A stretch of 64,000 nt of DNA from positions 55,571 to 119,570 of the forward strand of contig JAZRDB010000014.1 in the NCBI GenBank assembly GCA_045660045.1, written 5' to 3'. The notes beneath the pieces were generated by a model. That model had not been told where the DNA came from, searched no databases, and saw nothing but the letters and a program-made list of their open reading frames with translations. The DNA comes from Alphaproteobacteria bacterium (GTDB lineage Bacteria > Pseudomonadota > Alphaproteobacteria > CAAHEQ01 > UBA3637). Shown here piece by piece: positions 37,134 through 46,235 of this stretch. Made by a program: the position numbers and the translations under genes. How positions within the stretch are numbered: the first letter of the stretch is position 1; each line of letters starts with the position of its first letter.

Positions 37134-38351
37134 TTACTGATATCTTAATGCCTCAATTGGATCTAATTTCATGGCTTTTCTGGCTGGCATAATACCAGAT
37201 ACAACCCCCACAAAAATGGCCACAGATGCCGAAATCACAACACTCCACATGGAAATCGGCACTTGTTTTTCAAGTATGTGCCCTGCAATTTGTGATAAAA
37301 CAACACCCAAAACCATACCAACAAAGCTGCCCATAAAAGAAATGATAATGGATTCTGCTAAAAATTGAAACATAATCCAGCGGTTCGGCGCCCCCAAAGC
37401 TTTACGCGTACCAATCTCTCGTGTACGTTCGGTCACAGACACAAGCATCATATTCATAATACCAATAGATCCAACCACCAAAGAAATCGACGCAATGGCC
37501 GATAACAACAGCGACAAGATAAATCCAACGTTTTGCACTTTTTCCACCATCTCCGTCATCAAATGCATTGAAAAATCATTTGGCGCCCCTTCTTTTAAAT
37601 AGTGGCGCGATCTCAACAAATACTCAATCCTTTTTGACACCGATTCCATCTTGTCTTCTTCCGTCACCTTCACAAAAGCCATATCCGCATATTGTGGACG
37701 ATTAGATCCACGCAAGCGTTGTCGCAATGTAGTGGCTGGCATCATAATGATATTGTCTTGATCCTGTCCCATCAAGTTATCACCTTTTGCTTTTAAAGTG
37801 CCGATCACCGTAAAAGGTTGTCCTTTTAAACGCAACACTTTGCCAATTGGATTTTGAAGACCAAACAATTCATCCACAATCGTTTGCCCAATAATAATAT
37901 AAGGCTTACCAGATTTTACATCTTTTTCTGTAAAGGCTACACCCGTATCAATTTCCCAGTTTCCAACCGTCAAATAATCTGGATTTGTACCATACACACT
38001 GACACCATAGTTGCTGGATCCATACACAGCCTGAACCGCCGTATTCACCACATAAGAGGCCGTTTCAACATCTTTTAATGTCTTCAATGCTTCCACATCT
38101 TTAAAGGTGATACTGGGTCGACCGCGTCCACCACGCACGCCCCCGCTGACCGTTTCTGCTGGGGCCAAAATGATCAAGTTGGTACCCATTGAATCAAATG
38201 TTTTGGTAATTTCATTGCTAACAGTTTGCCCAGCAGCCACCATCAACACCACCGACGCCACACCAATGACGATTCCCAACATTGTCAAAAATGTTCTGAG
38301 TTTGTAGGCTGAAATAGAAATCCACGCTTCGCGTAAAATTTGATAAATCAT
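37134..38351 (-). CDS. MacB-type ABC transporter permease (FtsX fold with a periplasmic domain)
   Basis: 405 aa. TM1, then a ~220-aa periplasmic domain, then three C-terminal TM segments with ...RTREIGTRKALGA.... Confidence 0.8.
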   Translation of the reverse strand: MIYQILREAWISISAYKLRTFLTMLGIVIGVASVVLMVAAGQTVSNEITKTFDSMGTNLIILAPAETVSGGVRGGRGRPSITFKDVEALKTLKDVETASYVVNTAVQAVYGSSNYGVSVYGTNPDYLTVGNWEIDTGVAFTEKDVKSGKPYIIIGQTIVDELFGLQNPIGKVLRLKGQPFTVIGTLKAKGDNLMGQDQDNIIMMPATTLRQRLRGSNRPQYADMAFVKVTEEDKMESVSKRIEYLLRSRHYLKEGAPNDFSMHLMTEMVEKVQNVGFILSLLLSAIASISLVVGSIGIMNMMLVSVTERTREIGTRKALGAPNRWIMFQFLAESIIISFMGSFVGMVLGVVLSQIAGHILEKQVPISMWSVVISASVAIFVGVVSGIMPARKAMKLDPIEALRYQ

Positions 38352-39058
38352 GCGCGATACTCCTTTCGTGGACCATCATACTCCACTTGACCATCTGAAA
38401 TTTTGATCATTCGTTTGGCATAATCGGCCACATCATCTTCGTGTGTTACAAGTACGATTGTAATGCCTTGTTTATTCAATTCTGTGAACAAATTCATAAT
38501 TTCGTCCGACGTTGTGGAATCCAAGTTTCCCGTCGGTTCATCCGCAAAAATAATCTTAGGATTATTAATCAAAGCTCTTGCAATCGCCACACGTTGTTGC
38601 ATACCACCGGAAATCTGGCTTGGTGGACGATCTCCATAGCCTTCCAACCCAACAACTTTCAACATTTCAAGCGCACGATCACGACGCTCTTTTTCACTAA
38701 CCCCTTGATATATAAGTGGCATAGAAACATTATCCACAATAGTACGCTTCATCATCAAATTAAAGTTTTGAAACACAAAACCAATTTTTTGGCCCCGAAT
38801 CACCGCCAATTCTTGATCAGTTCTTGTAGCCACTGGTTCGCCTGCCAAATAATACTCACCACTTGTCGGCCGATCCAAACATCCCAAAGTATTCATCAAT
38901 GTCGATTTACCCGAACCAGAATGTCCCATAATCGCCACAAATTCACCTTCATAAATTTTGAAATTAATATGTTTCAATACAACTTGGCTTGCCCCACCAT
39001 CCATATAGTAGGTTTTACATAAATCTTTTACCTCTATCACAACAGGTTTTTCGCTCAT
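38348..39058 (-). CDS. ABC transporter ATP-binding protein (MacB/LolD class)
   Basis: Walker [10 protein letters not shown], signature [15 protein letters not shown], Walker [17 protein letters not shown] overlaps on both sides. Confidence 0.9.
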   Translation of the reverse strand: MSEKPVVIEVKDLCKTYYMDGGASQVVLKHINFKIYEGEFVAIMGHSGSGKSTLMNTLGCLDRPTSGEYYLAGEPVATRTDQELAVIRGQKIGFVFQNFNLMMKRTIVDNVSMPLIYQGVSEKERRDRALEMLKVVGLEGYGDRPPSQISGGMQQRVAIARALINNPKIIFADEPTGNLDSTTSDEIMNLFTELNKQGITIVLVTHEDDVADYAKRMIKISDGQVEYDGPRKEYRA

Positions 39059-40182
39059 TTATGTCCACGCCGTTTTCCGCTTGAAGCCTCTAAAATAACT
39101 TGTTCTCCTTCTTGCAAACCCGCTTTAATTTCAATGTTTGCCATATCAGAAATACCCTTAGTTACCACGATTGGATGAAGGCGACCATTTTTGAATTGAT
39201 AGACAACATCTTCATTTTTCAGCATATCTGGATTTGGTACTTCATCCGTTGTTTTACGCAACGCGGCCGATGGTTTGAATTGCAAGACCATTGCCGGCAA
39301 CAACAACACATCTTCCGCACGTTCTACCTCAATGGAAACACTGGCCGTCATACCTGGCAATAATTTCCGTGACGAGTTATCCACTTCAATCACAACCGTG
39401 TACATCACTACATTGGATTCTTCTTTTGGCGACAAACGAATTTGTTGCACAACCCCATCAAACTTATCATTTGGATAAGCATCCACCGTAAAGCTTACCG
39501 TTTTACCAGCTTTAATCACACCAATATCGGCCTCTGCAATATTTGCTTCAATTTGCATTTTGGTTAAATCTTCAGCAATCATAAACAATGTTGGAGTGGA
39601 AAGGCTGGCCGCCACAGTTTGCCCCTGCTCTACCTCTTTAGAAATTACAGTGCCAGAAACTGGTGATGTAATCGTTGCATAGCCATAATTACGTTCGGCC
39701 TTATTATAATCTGCTTGCGAACTTAAAACACTGGCCTTTGCTGTTTCCAAATCAATTTCCGCCTCTTCCAAATTTGCTTTTGAAATCAGCTTTTCCTTGT
39801 ATAATTTATTCAACCGTTCATAGTTCAATTCTGAAATTTTTTTCTTGGCTGTTGCTAAATCTAACCGAGCTTTTGCATCATTCAAATTTTCTTGCAAAAC
39901 AGAGGTATCCAAACGCGCTAAAACTTGGTCTTCCTTTACCTCATCATTGTAATCCACCAATACTTCCTCAATAATACCCGATACCTGCGTTCCCACAGAC
40001 ACTTGATTAATAGGCTGAATTTTACCAGAGGCCGTCACAACATAGGCCACGGATCCTTTTTTTACCGTTGCCATATCAAAATCTTTAGCGGAAAAAGATT
40101 CCTTATCCTTTGGTTTCATCAAATACCAACCAACCGCAATCACCGCTAAAGCCAAAACGCCAAGCACCACACCTTTTTTCAT
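39055..40182 (-). CDS. HlyD/MacA-family periplasmic adaptor
   Basis: N-terminal anchor, coiled-coil hairpin, lipoyl and beta-barrel segments (...ITSPVSGTVISKEVEQGQTV...). Confidence 0.8.
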   Translation of the reverse strand: MKKGVVLGVLALAVIAVGWYLMKPKDKESFSAKDFDMATVKKGSVAYVVTASGKIQPINQVSVGTQVSGIIEEVLVDYNDEVKEDQVLARLDTSVLQENLNDAKARLDLATAKKKISELNYERLNKLYKEKLISKANLEEAEIDLETAKASVLSSQADYNKAERNYGYATITSPVSGTVISKEVEQGQTVAASLSTPTLFMIAEDLTKMQIEANIAEADIGVIKAGKTVSFTVDAYPNDKFDGVVQQIRLSPKEESNVVMYTVVIEVDNSSRKLLPGMTASVSIEVERAEDVLLLPAMVLQFKPSAALRKTTDEVPNPDMLKNEDVVYQFKNGRLHPIVVTKGISDMANIEIKAGLQEGEQVILEASSGKRRGHK

Positions 40183-41523
40183 CTAAAACCTCCCAATGGC
40201 TCGATATAAATTCGCCTTGCTAATCAACACAGAATAAAATGCATTGACTAATCCTTGACGTGCATCCGACATTTGCGACGTCGCCGTCAATAAGTTTAAA
40301 ATATCTCCTTTACCCACTTCATATGACTTCATTGCCACACGTTCATTTTCTTTTGCCGAATCAAGCACGGCCTTGGAAATTTTGTATGCTTCTGTCGCTG
40401 TTTGGTAATCTTGATAAGCCGCCCAAACCTCGTTACGAATACTGTTTTGTGTCTCTTGCAGACCATATTGCGCTTGGCGATATTGATATTCCGCAGCCGC
40501 CACTTTGTACGTATCGTTAAATCCTGTGAACAAAGGCACACTTAAACGAAGTCCTGCCGATGTAGAAAGTTGGTACGGATTCGATTGGCGCCATGTATCA
40601 CCATAACCCGCACTGCCCGAAGCTGTCAAGCTAGGCAACGTTGTGGAACGCACCGCCGAAATATTTTCTTTCGCAGCAACCACACTACTTTCCTTGCTTT
40701 TTAACTCTGGTCGTTGTTCCAATGCCAATTCCATCATCTGTTCAACACCATCTGATGTTTCCAACTTTGTAATATCTTTATCTTTTGGCGGTGTCATTAA
40801 ATTAAAGGATGTATCTGGCGATAAATTCAATAATGTGGCCAAATTACCTTGAGCCTGTTTAACAGAGTTTTCAGCCTTAACGGTGTTCAATTTTGATTGT
40901 TCATAGCTTGTTTTAGCTAATAATTTATCGCTTAAAGCCACTAGCCCCAAATCATAACGTCTCTTAGATTCTTCGTACGCTTTCTTATATGATTTTTCAC
41001 TGTCTTTTGCACTGGACAACACTTCCTTCGCGCCCAACAATCTCAAATAAGCATTATTGATGGACAAAATTGTTTCTTGTAATTGCGCATTGTAATTAAA
41101 TTGGGCCGAACTTAGATAAGCCTTCATCTTTTCTAAACGAGCGCTACGTCCACCAAAATCAAACAGTAGCCAATCCAAGCCAATATTTCCAGAGTACGGA
41201 TATCGTTTATCATATTTCCCCTTTTCATATTTACTGCCCGATATGGACGCTGATCCAGACGCCGTTACACTGGGCAGATATTCGGATTTTGATTGTCCAA
41301 CTTGTGCCTCACTGGCCTTGACCGTCATATACTCACGATTAAGCGCCGGATTTGTGCAAATGCCCATCTGGATAAGCTCTGGCAACCCAATCTCTTCCTT
41401 ATCCAAAGATTTATCAACACAATTTTCTGGCGCCTTCAATTTATATACAGAAAATGGATCCAATTTTGCCTGTGCCACACAAGCAAACCCCATCACAAAA
41501 ATCACACTGACCAGCTGTTTCAT
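40183..41523 (-). CDS. TolC-family outer membrane efflux protein
   Basis: 446 aa with a signal peptide. It has the duplicated OEP repeat structure (LP.L.A....) and long helical segments. It is the first gene of the efflux operon. Confidence 0.8.
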   Translation of the reverse strand: MKQLVSVIFVMGFACVAQAKLDPFSVYKLKAPENCVDKSLDKEEIGLPELIQMGICTNPALNREYMTVKASEAQVGQSKSEYLPSVTASGSASISGSKYEKGKYDKRYPYSGNIGLDWLLFDFGGRSARLEKMKAYLSSAQFNYNAQLQETILSINNAYLRLLGAKEVLSSAKDSEKSYKKAYEESKRRYDLGLVALSDKLLAKTSYEQSKLNTVKAENSVKQAQGNLATLLNLSPDTSFNLMTPPKDKDITKLETSDGVEQMMELALEQRPELKSKESSVVAAKENISAVRSTTLPSLTASGSAGYGDTWRQSNPYQLSTSAGLRLSVPLFTGFNDTYKVAAAEYQYRQAQYGLQETQNSIRNEVWAAYQDYQTATEAYKISKAVLDSAKENERVAMKSYEVGKGDILNLLTATSQMSDARQGLVNAFYSVLISKANLYRAIGRF

Positions 41524-41563
41524 ACTGTCTCCTTTGATTCAAAGGTAAATCATTAAAAAAAAC

Positions 41564-41592
41564 TTGTCAAGTGAAAAATTATCTTGTAAAAT
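41564..41592 (+). promoter_or_regulatory. sigma70-type promoter TTGTCA-17-TAAAAT
   Basis: TTGTCA at 41564-41569, 17-nt spacer, TAAAAT at 41587-41592. The palindromic -35 region (ACTTGTCAAGT) also reads TTGACA on the minus strand, toward the tolC-like operon. Confidence 0.55.
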
Positions 41593-41616
41593 GCCAAAAT
41601 AAAACAAGGAGAAAGC

Positions 41617-42018
41617 ATGGAAAAAACGTTACAAGATTTGACGCGGCAATTATTGGCCCTTTCTAAAAGCGCTGCCGAAGACAAAGTGTTACCTCAGGAA
41701 ATGCAATTAATTCAAGAAAAAGCATTTAAAGTTCAAGAAGAAATGATGGAACTTTTGACCGAACAAGAAGCCACCACGTCTGACATCCGCGAAGTACAAA
41801 ACATTTTTCAAATTCGGGAAGATGTGTGGGATATCATGAATAACCTTGCCATTCGTGAAGCTGAGGTCAAAGCAAAATTTGGTATTAAAGGTGAAAGTCC
41901 CAAGACAGAACATACCTGTTGTCATCACCATCATCATGATGGCGAGTGTTGCTGCGGACATCATCATGAAGAAAAGACATGCTGTAAAAAGGAGAAGAAG
42001 ACATGCCACAAAAAATAA
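41617..42018 (+). CDS. small coiled-coil protein with a His/Cys-rich C-terminal tail (hypothetical)
   Basis: 133 aa with a GGAGAAAG SD. The tail is HTCCHHHHHDGECCCGHHHEEKTCCKKEKKTCHKK (41911-42015). The 3' end overlaps xseB by 16 nt. Confidence 0.6.
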   Translation: MEKTLQDLTRQLLALSKSAAEDKVLPQEMQLIQEKAFKVQEEMMELLTEQEATTSDIREVQNIFQIREDVWDIMNNLAIREAEVKAKFGIKGESPKTEHTCCHHHHHDGECCCGHHHEEKTCCKKEKKTCHKK

Positions 42019-42233
42019 CATTTGAACAAGCCATGGCTGAATTGGACGAAATTGTGCGTAAATTAGAAAACGGACAAATTCCATTGGAAGAAGCTGTCAA
42101 AACGTATGAAAAAGGCATGGAGCTCAAAAAGATTTGTGAAGAAAAATTAAAAAGTGCCGAAATGAAAATTGAAAAATTGACGTTACAAGATGACAAACCA
42201 ACCGGAACGGAGGCATTGGATGAACAACTTTAA
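42003..42233 (+). CDS. xseB: exodeoxyribonuclease VII small subunit
   Basis: 76 aa. FEQAMAELDEIVRKLENGQIPLEEAVKTYEKGMEL is the XseB signature. Confidence 0.9.
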   Translation: MPQKITFEQAMAELDEIVRKLENGQIPLEEAVKTYEKGMELKKICEEKLKSAEMKIEKLTLQDDKPTGTEALDEQL

Positions 42234-43107
42234 GGACCAATTGAAAGAAGCTCGTGCGATCGTTGATCAGAATTTGGAAAAATGGCTACCCCTACCCGAT
42301 AATTTAAGTGCTCGCGTCGTTGAGGCCATGCGTTATGCCACCATCGGCGGCGGTAAAGCATTCCGTGCCTTTTTGATTTTAACAACAGCCAAAATGTTTG
42401 ATTTATCCCAACAAAATGCCATCAATATTGCCACAGCATTGGAAATGATTCATGCCTATTCATTAATTCATGATGACTTGCCTTCAATGGATAATGATAC
42501 CATGCGCCGTGGCAAACCCACCGTTCATATTCAATTTGATGAAGCCACAGCGATTTTGGCGGGTGATGCTCTGCTCACCAATGCCTTTGAAGTTTTGGCA
42601 GATGAAAACACTCATCCAGACGGCAATATCCGTGCAAAACTTGTTAAAATGTTGGCTCATCTTGCAGGAAAAGACGGTATGGTTGGCGGTCAGATGATTG
42701 ACCTGATCGGCGAAAAACAAACTTTAAATCTTGAACAAATTGAAATGCTACAAGATAAAAAAACTGGTGCTTTGTTGATGTTTGCCTCAATCGCCAGTGC
42801 TATTGCAGCAAATGCACCTGAAGAACAATTAAACGCTCTTAAAACCTATGCAAAATGTATTGGCTTAATGTTCCAAATTACCGACGACATCTTGGATATT
42901 GTAGGCGACAGCGCCACCGTTGGCAAGACATTGGGCAAGGACAAAACCGAAACAAAATCTACATTTGTATCCGTCTTGGGATTGGAAGCAGCCCGTAAAA
43001 AGGCCCAAGATTTGGGTATTCAAGCCGGGCAAGCTCTTGCTATCTTTGGTGATAAAGCTGATGCCCTACGAGAGGCCGCGCGCTTTATTTTGGAAAGGAA
43101 TTATTAA
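42220..43107 (+). CDS. ispA: (2E,6E)-farnesyl diphosphate synthase
   Basis: Start set at ATG 42220 (MNNFKDQL...). FARM motif LIHDDLPSMDNDTMRRG and SARM motif FQITDDILD. Shows xseB-ispA synteny. Confidence 0.85.
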   Translation: MNNFKDQLKEARAIVDQNLEKWLPLPDNLSARVVEAMRYATIGGGKAFRAFLILTTAKMFDLSQQNAINIATALEMIHAYSLIHDDLPSMDNDTMRRGKPTVHIQFDEATAILAGDALLTNAFEVLADENTHPDGNIRAKLVKMLAHLAGKDGMVGGQMIDLIGEKQTLNLEQIEMLQDKKTGALLMFASIASAIAANAPEEQLNALKTYAKCIGLMFQITDDILDIVGDSATVGKTLGKDKTETKSTFVSVLGLEAARKKAQDLGIQAGQALAIFGDKADALREAARFILERNY

Positions 43108-43748
43108 TGCAAAAACTAATGAGTTCAACACAGTTGGAAAGTTTTTGTGCGGCTTTATTAAAGGCCTATCCAAACCCCAAGTGTGAACTCAAGTGGACAA
43201 ATCCATGGGAGCTGATTGTGGCCATTATTTTATCCGCTCAAAGCACCGACAAAAATGTGAATGCCAACACCCCAGCCTTATTCGCTGTTGCAAACACACC
43301 AGAGGCCATGTTAAAAATGGGCTATAACAAAGTGCATTCTTACTTGACATCCATCAACTATCATAACAACAAAGCAAAATCTATTATGAATTTAGCACAA
43401 GTCATCGTTGATAAATTTGGCGGCCAAATGCCAAAGAATTTCGACACATTAACGACCCTACCTGGTATTGGCAACAAAACTGCCAGTGTTTTTTTAAATG
43501 TGGCCTATCATGCTCCCAGAATTGGTGTTGATACACACGTGTTTCGCCTGTGTCACCGTTTGGGAATTGCCTTTGCAAAAACACCAGATGAATTACAAAA
43601 AAAACTGGAACAAATTGTGCCCGAAAAATACAAACCTGATTTTGCACTTGCATTAGTTTTGCTGGGGCGCTATACTTGCACTGCACGCAAGGTAAATTGT
43701 GCAGAATGTCCAATGTATAATGTTTGCATATCTGAGGAGAAAAAATAA
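43107..43748 (+). CDS. nth: endonuclease III
   Basis: HhH-GPD motif LPGIGNKTA...VDTHV. 4Fe-4S cluster C-x6-C-x2-C-x5-C (CTARKVNCAECPMYNVC). TAATG overlap with ispA. Confidence 0.9.
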   Translation: MQKLMSSTQLESFCAALLKAYPNPKCELKWTNPWELIVAIILSAQSTDKNVNANTPALFAVANTPEAMLKMGYNKVHSYLTSINYHNNKAKSIMNLAQVIVDKFGGQMPKNFDTLTTLPGIGNKTASVFLNVAYHAPRIGVDTHVFRLCHRLGIAFAKTPDELQKKLEQIVPEKYKPDFALALVLLGRYTCTARKVNCAECPMYNVCISEEKK

Positions 43749-45322
43749 TGTTCAAAAAAGGGGGAGTTTTTTTAAGCATCTTACTTTGTGCAACAATGGT
43801 TTTTGCCCAAGATAAAACGGCCGAAATGTTTCGGACAGATAATCCCAATCTGATGAATTTAAACGAAGCCAAACAATACACGGGATCTCCGCTGGTTTAT
43901 ATTCAAGGTGTCAAAGCGCCAGAAACAGCCAATAATGATATGGAAGAATTGCAATTAAAATTATTTGGCACAAAAGATGTCCGCAGTGTAACAAAGGATA
44001 CCTTAACCCTTTCTGATGCAGCCATTGAAGCCCCCGAAAATCAAGAACAAAACTTGACTTTTCGAACACCTTTTAACAAAACAATCCAATCAGGTTTTAT
44101 TCCTCATGTTGCCAACTTTATGACTATGATTCAAATTTTAAATCAACGTCAATTAACGGTCAGTGAAAATGTTGTTTTGGTTAATACCAAAGAAGATGAA
44201 TATTGGACACGAACCATCACGCTGCCAACAAATACGACTGCACAAATAACAAGCTATCTTCAAAATGGACAACAATACCCAGTAGCATCAGATGTCCATA
44301 AAAACACTTTAACATTCACAAGTCCACAACCCTTGCAATTAGGCCCAAATCAAATGGTATTAAAATACAATATTGAAAATCCATTTCATAATAACCAATT
44401 TAATTTTCAATTGATGAGTGCCGATTTTTCATGGCCTATTGAAAAATTGGACACACTGATTTCATTTCCCAAACCCTTAGCCATTGATGACAGCAAATTG
44501 TTATTTGGCACTAACAAAGTGGAAATACCTGATATCTACACGCAACAATCCGACAAAGAGGCGAATGTTACTATCAGTGTTCAGCGTGTTATTCCTCCAA
44601 GGGCTGAGATTGAATTACAGATGAAATTTGAAGCATCTAATTTACCGCCAAAGGAAAATCTGCACACGGGCACCTTTATTTTATGGATTCTTGTCCTTGT
44701 TCTCAGCTTATATTGGATTCTTTCTGGATGGTGGGAAAAGCACCGTCTAAATCGAACTCATTTGCCCAAAATAAAATATCCTCGCACAATTGCTACATTG
44801 GCACATCAAATGGACACGCATTTAAACCAAACAAAGTGGCAACAATTAATTGACTTTGGACAAAAAAATAATTGGCCATTAGCAAAATTATTGGTCGAGC
44901 AATCAGCAACCGAAAAGCATCCTAAATGGACAAAATTCAAAGCAAAACTTTCAACCATTTTATCGCTTATGCTAGAATCCATTCTGGGCACAGGTTTGTT
45001 GTTTATTGGCGCGATAATTACTTTGTCATTAGCACAAGAAACAGTAAATATTCAAACATATGTTTATCTCTTCCTGTTCTGTATTTTAGGAATTACAGTG
45101 TTATACCTGATGGCATTCAAACCCGCACGCAAAATTTATTGGCAAAAGAAGTTGAAACAACTTTCGGAACCAATTATTTTAACGGGTCTTACAAATGCAC
45201 AAGTGCGCCAAATTTATCCCCTGTTTATTCTCACTCAAAAAAATGAAGATTGGCGCAAAGAATTAATTAAAACAAATCCCAAAGTTGCCCAAGAAACACA
45301 TCTTTACAAGGAGGACAAATGA
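43748..45322 (+). CDS. hypothetical membrane protein (signal peptide, ~290-aa external domain, 3-4 TM segments)
   Basis: 524 aa. MFKKGGVFLSILLCATMVFA. TM segments at FILWILVLVLSLYWIL, LLFIGAIITLSL and YVYLFLFCILGITVLYLMAF. The architecture recalls DUF2207-like proteins, but the family is not established. TAATG overlap with nth. Confidence 0.5.
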   Translation: MFKKGGVFLSILLCATMVFAQDKTAEMFRTDNPNLMNLNEAKQYTGSPLVYIQGVKAPETANNDMEELQLKLFGTKDVRSVTKDTLTLSDAAIEAPENQEQNLTFRTPFNKTIQSGFIPHVANFMTMIQILNQRQLTVSENVVLVNTKEDEYWTRTITLPTNTTAQITSYLQNGQQYPVASDVHKNTLTFTSPQPLQLGPNQMVLKYNIENPFHNNQFNFQLMSADFSWPIEKLDTLISFPKPLAIDDSKLLFGTNKVEIPDIYTQQSDKEANVTISVQRVIPPRAEIELQMKFEASNLPPKENLHTGTFILWILVLVLSLYWILSGWWEKHRLNRTHLPKIKYPRTIATLAHQMDTHLNQTKWQQLIDFGQKNNWPLAKLLVEQSATEKHPKWTKFKAKLSTILSLMLESILGTGLLFIGAIITLSLAQETVNIQTYVYLFLFCILGITVLYLMAFKPARKIYWQKKLKQLSEPIILTGLTNAQVRQIYPLFILTQKNEDWRKELIKTNPKVAQETHLYKEDK

Positions 45323-45795
45323 AAGTACTATTTCTCGCACTCGGTTTATGTCTTGTCACACCGGTCTTGGCTCAAACACAAGAGCCGCAAGAAGAAATGG
45401 TTGATTTAATGTTCGTAAATTACAAGAATAGATTGGAGTTACTGCAGATCCAAGATCAATTATTACAATCTTTATTGAATGTACCCTTTGATAAACGTGT
45501 TTATGTTTATCCCGCTTTGTTTGAATCACACCATATCCCCAAAAAAATTGTTACACATCCCCAGATTTTGATTTGGAAAGGAAAAAAACCAACAAAAATT
45601 GCCCCACAGTTACAAGAATACGCGCGTGAGCATTTGGATTATATGCCTGCCATGTACTATCCTTTGTTAGATCCTGATGCTTGGCCTAAACAGCCCGATA
45701 AAGAAGATTGGCATAATGTGGCTGGCCTTCTGAATGGTACAATCGTGAATCCAAGTGAAGTTAATGCCAACGCTGTGTTAAATGAGACAAAATAA
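45319..45795 (+). CDS. secreted hypothetical protein
   Basis: 158 aa. Signal peptide MKVLFLALGLCLVTPVLA. ATGA overlap with the upstream gene. Confidence 0.5.
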   Translation: MKVLFLALGLCLVTPVLAQTQEPQEEMVDLMFVNYKNRLELLQIQDQLLQSLLNVPFDKRVYVYPALFESHHIPKKIVTHPQILIWKGKKPTKIAPQLQEYAREHLDYMPAMYYPLLDPDAWPKQPDKEDWHNVAGLLNGTIVNPSEVNANAVLNETK

Positions 45796-45824
45796 TTGAC
45801 TTTTATAATAAAAATCGTTATAAT
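45796..45824 (+). promoter_or_regulatory. sigma70-type promoter TTGACT-17-TATAAT for gcrA
   Basis: TTGACT at 45796-45801, 17-nt spacer, TATAAT at 45819-45824. AAGGAGA SD before ATG 45855. Confidence 0.65.
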
Positions 45825-45854
45825 AGGGTCAATCTGTGACAAAAGGAGAAAAAC

Positions 45855-46235
45855 ATGGTTTGGACCGACGATAAAATCAAGAACTTGAAAAAATTATGGT
45901 TAAAAGGTGCTACAACGGCCGAGATTGCCAAAAAATTGGGATTATCTAAGAACTCCATCATTGGCAAAGTGCACCGCTTAAATTTAGAAACAAGACCTTC
46001 TCCCATTAAAAAAGTTGCGCCCGTCAAAAAGGCAAAACCAACACCAAAAAAAGTTGAACGTATTGGCATTATGGAATTAAAAATCAACACATGTCGTTGG
46101 CCCATTGGAGACCCGACGGATGAAGATTTTCATTTTTGTGGAAAAAACACTGTGATGGGCAAACCTTATTGCGCCGAACATTGCGCCATGGCTTACGCTG
46201 GCTCATCCAAAGAAACAGCCGCCGATGATGAATGA
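45855..46235 (+). CDS. gcrA: cell-cycle transcriptional regulator GcrA
   Basis: MVWTDDKIKNLKKLWLKGATTAEIAKKLG...SKNSIIGKVHRLNL plus C-terminal CRWPIGDP...FHFCG...PYCAEHCAMAY. This is an alphaproteobacterial marker. Confidence 0.9.
   Translation: MVWTDDKIKNLKKLWLKGATTAEIAKKLGLSKNSIIGKVHRLNLETRPSPIKKVAPVKKAKPTPKKVERIGIMELKINTCRWPIGDPTDEDFHFCGKNTVMGKPYCAEHCAMAYAGSSKETAADDE

Noticed and set aside
38441-39022. A 193-aa ORF antisense to the ABC ATPase gene.
   Set aside because: It is a shadow ORF of a gene with unambiguous Walker and signature motifs. It has no start signals and no recognisable motifs.
41524-41616. The switch from a ~19-kb run of minus-strand genes to a ~15-kb run of plus-strand genes. 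I considered whether this marks a replication origin.
   Set aside because: The gap is only 93 bp. It is fully accounted for by two promoters and two SDs, and I could find no TTATCCACA-like DnaA boxes or AT-rich unwinding element. I could not compute GC skew by eye.
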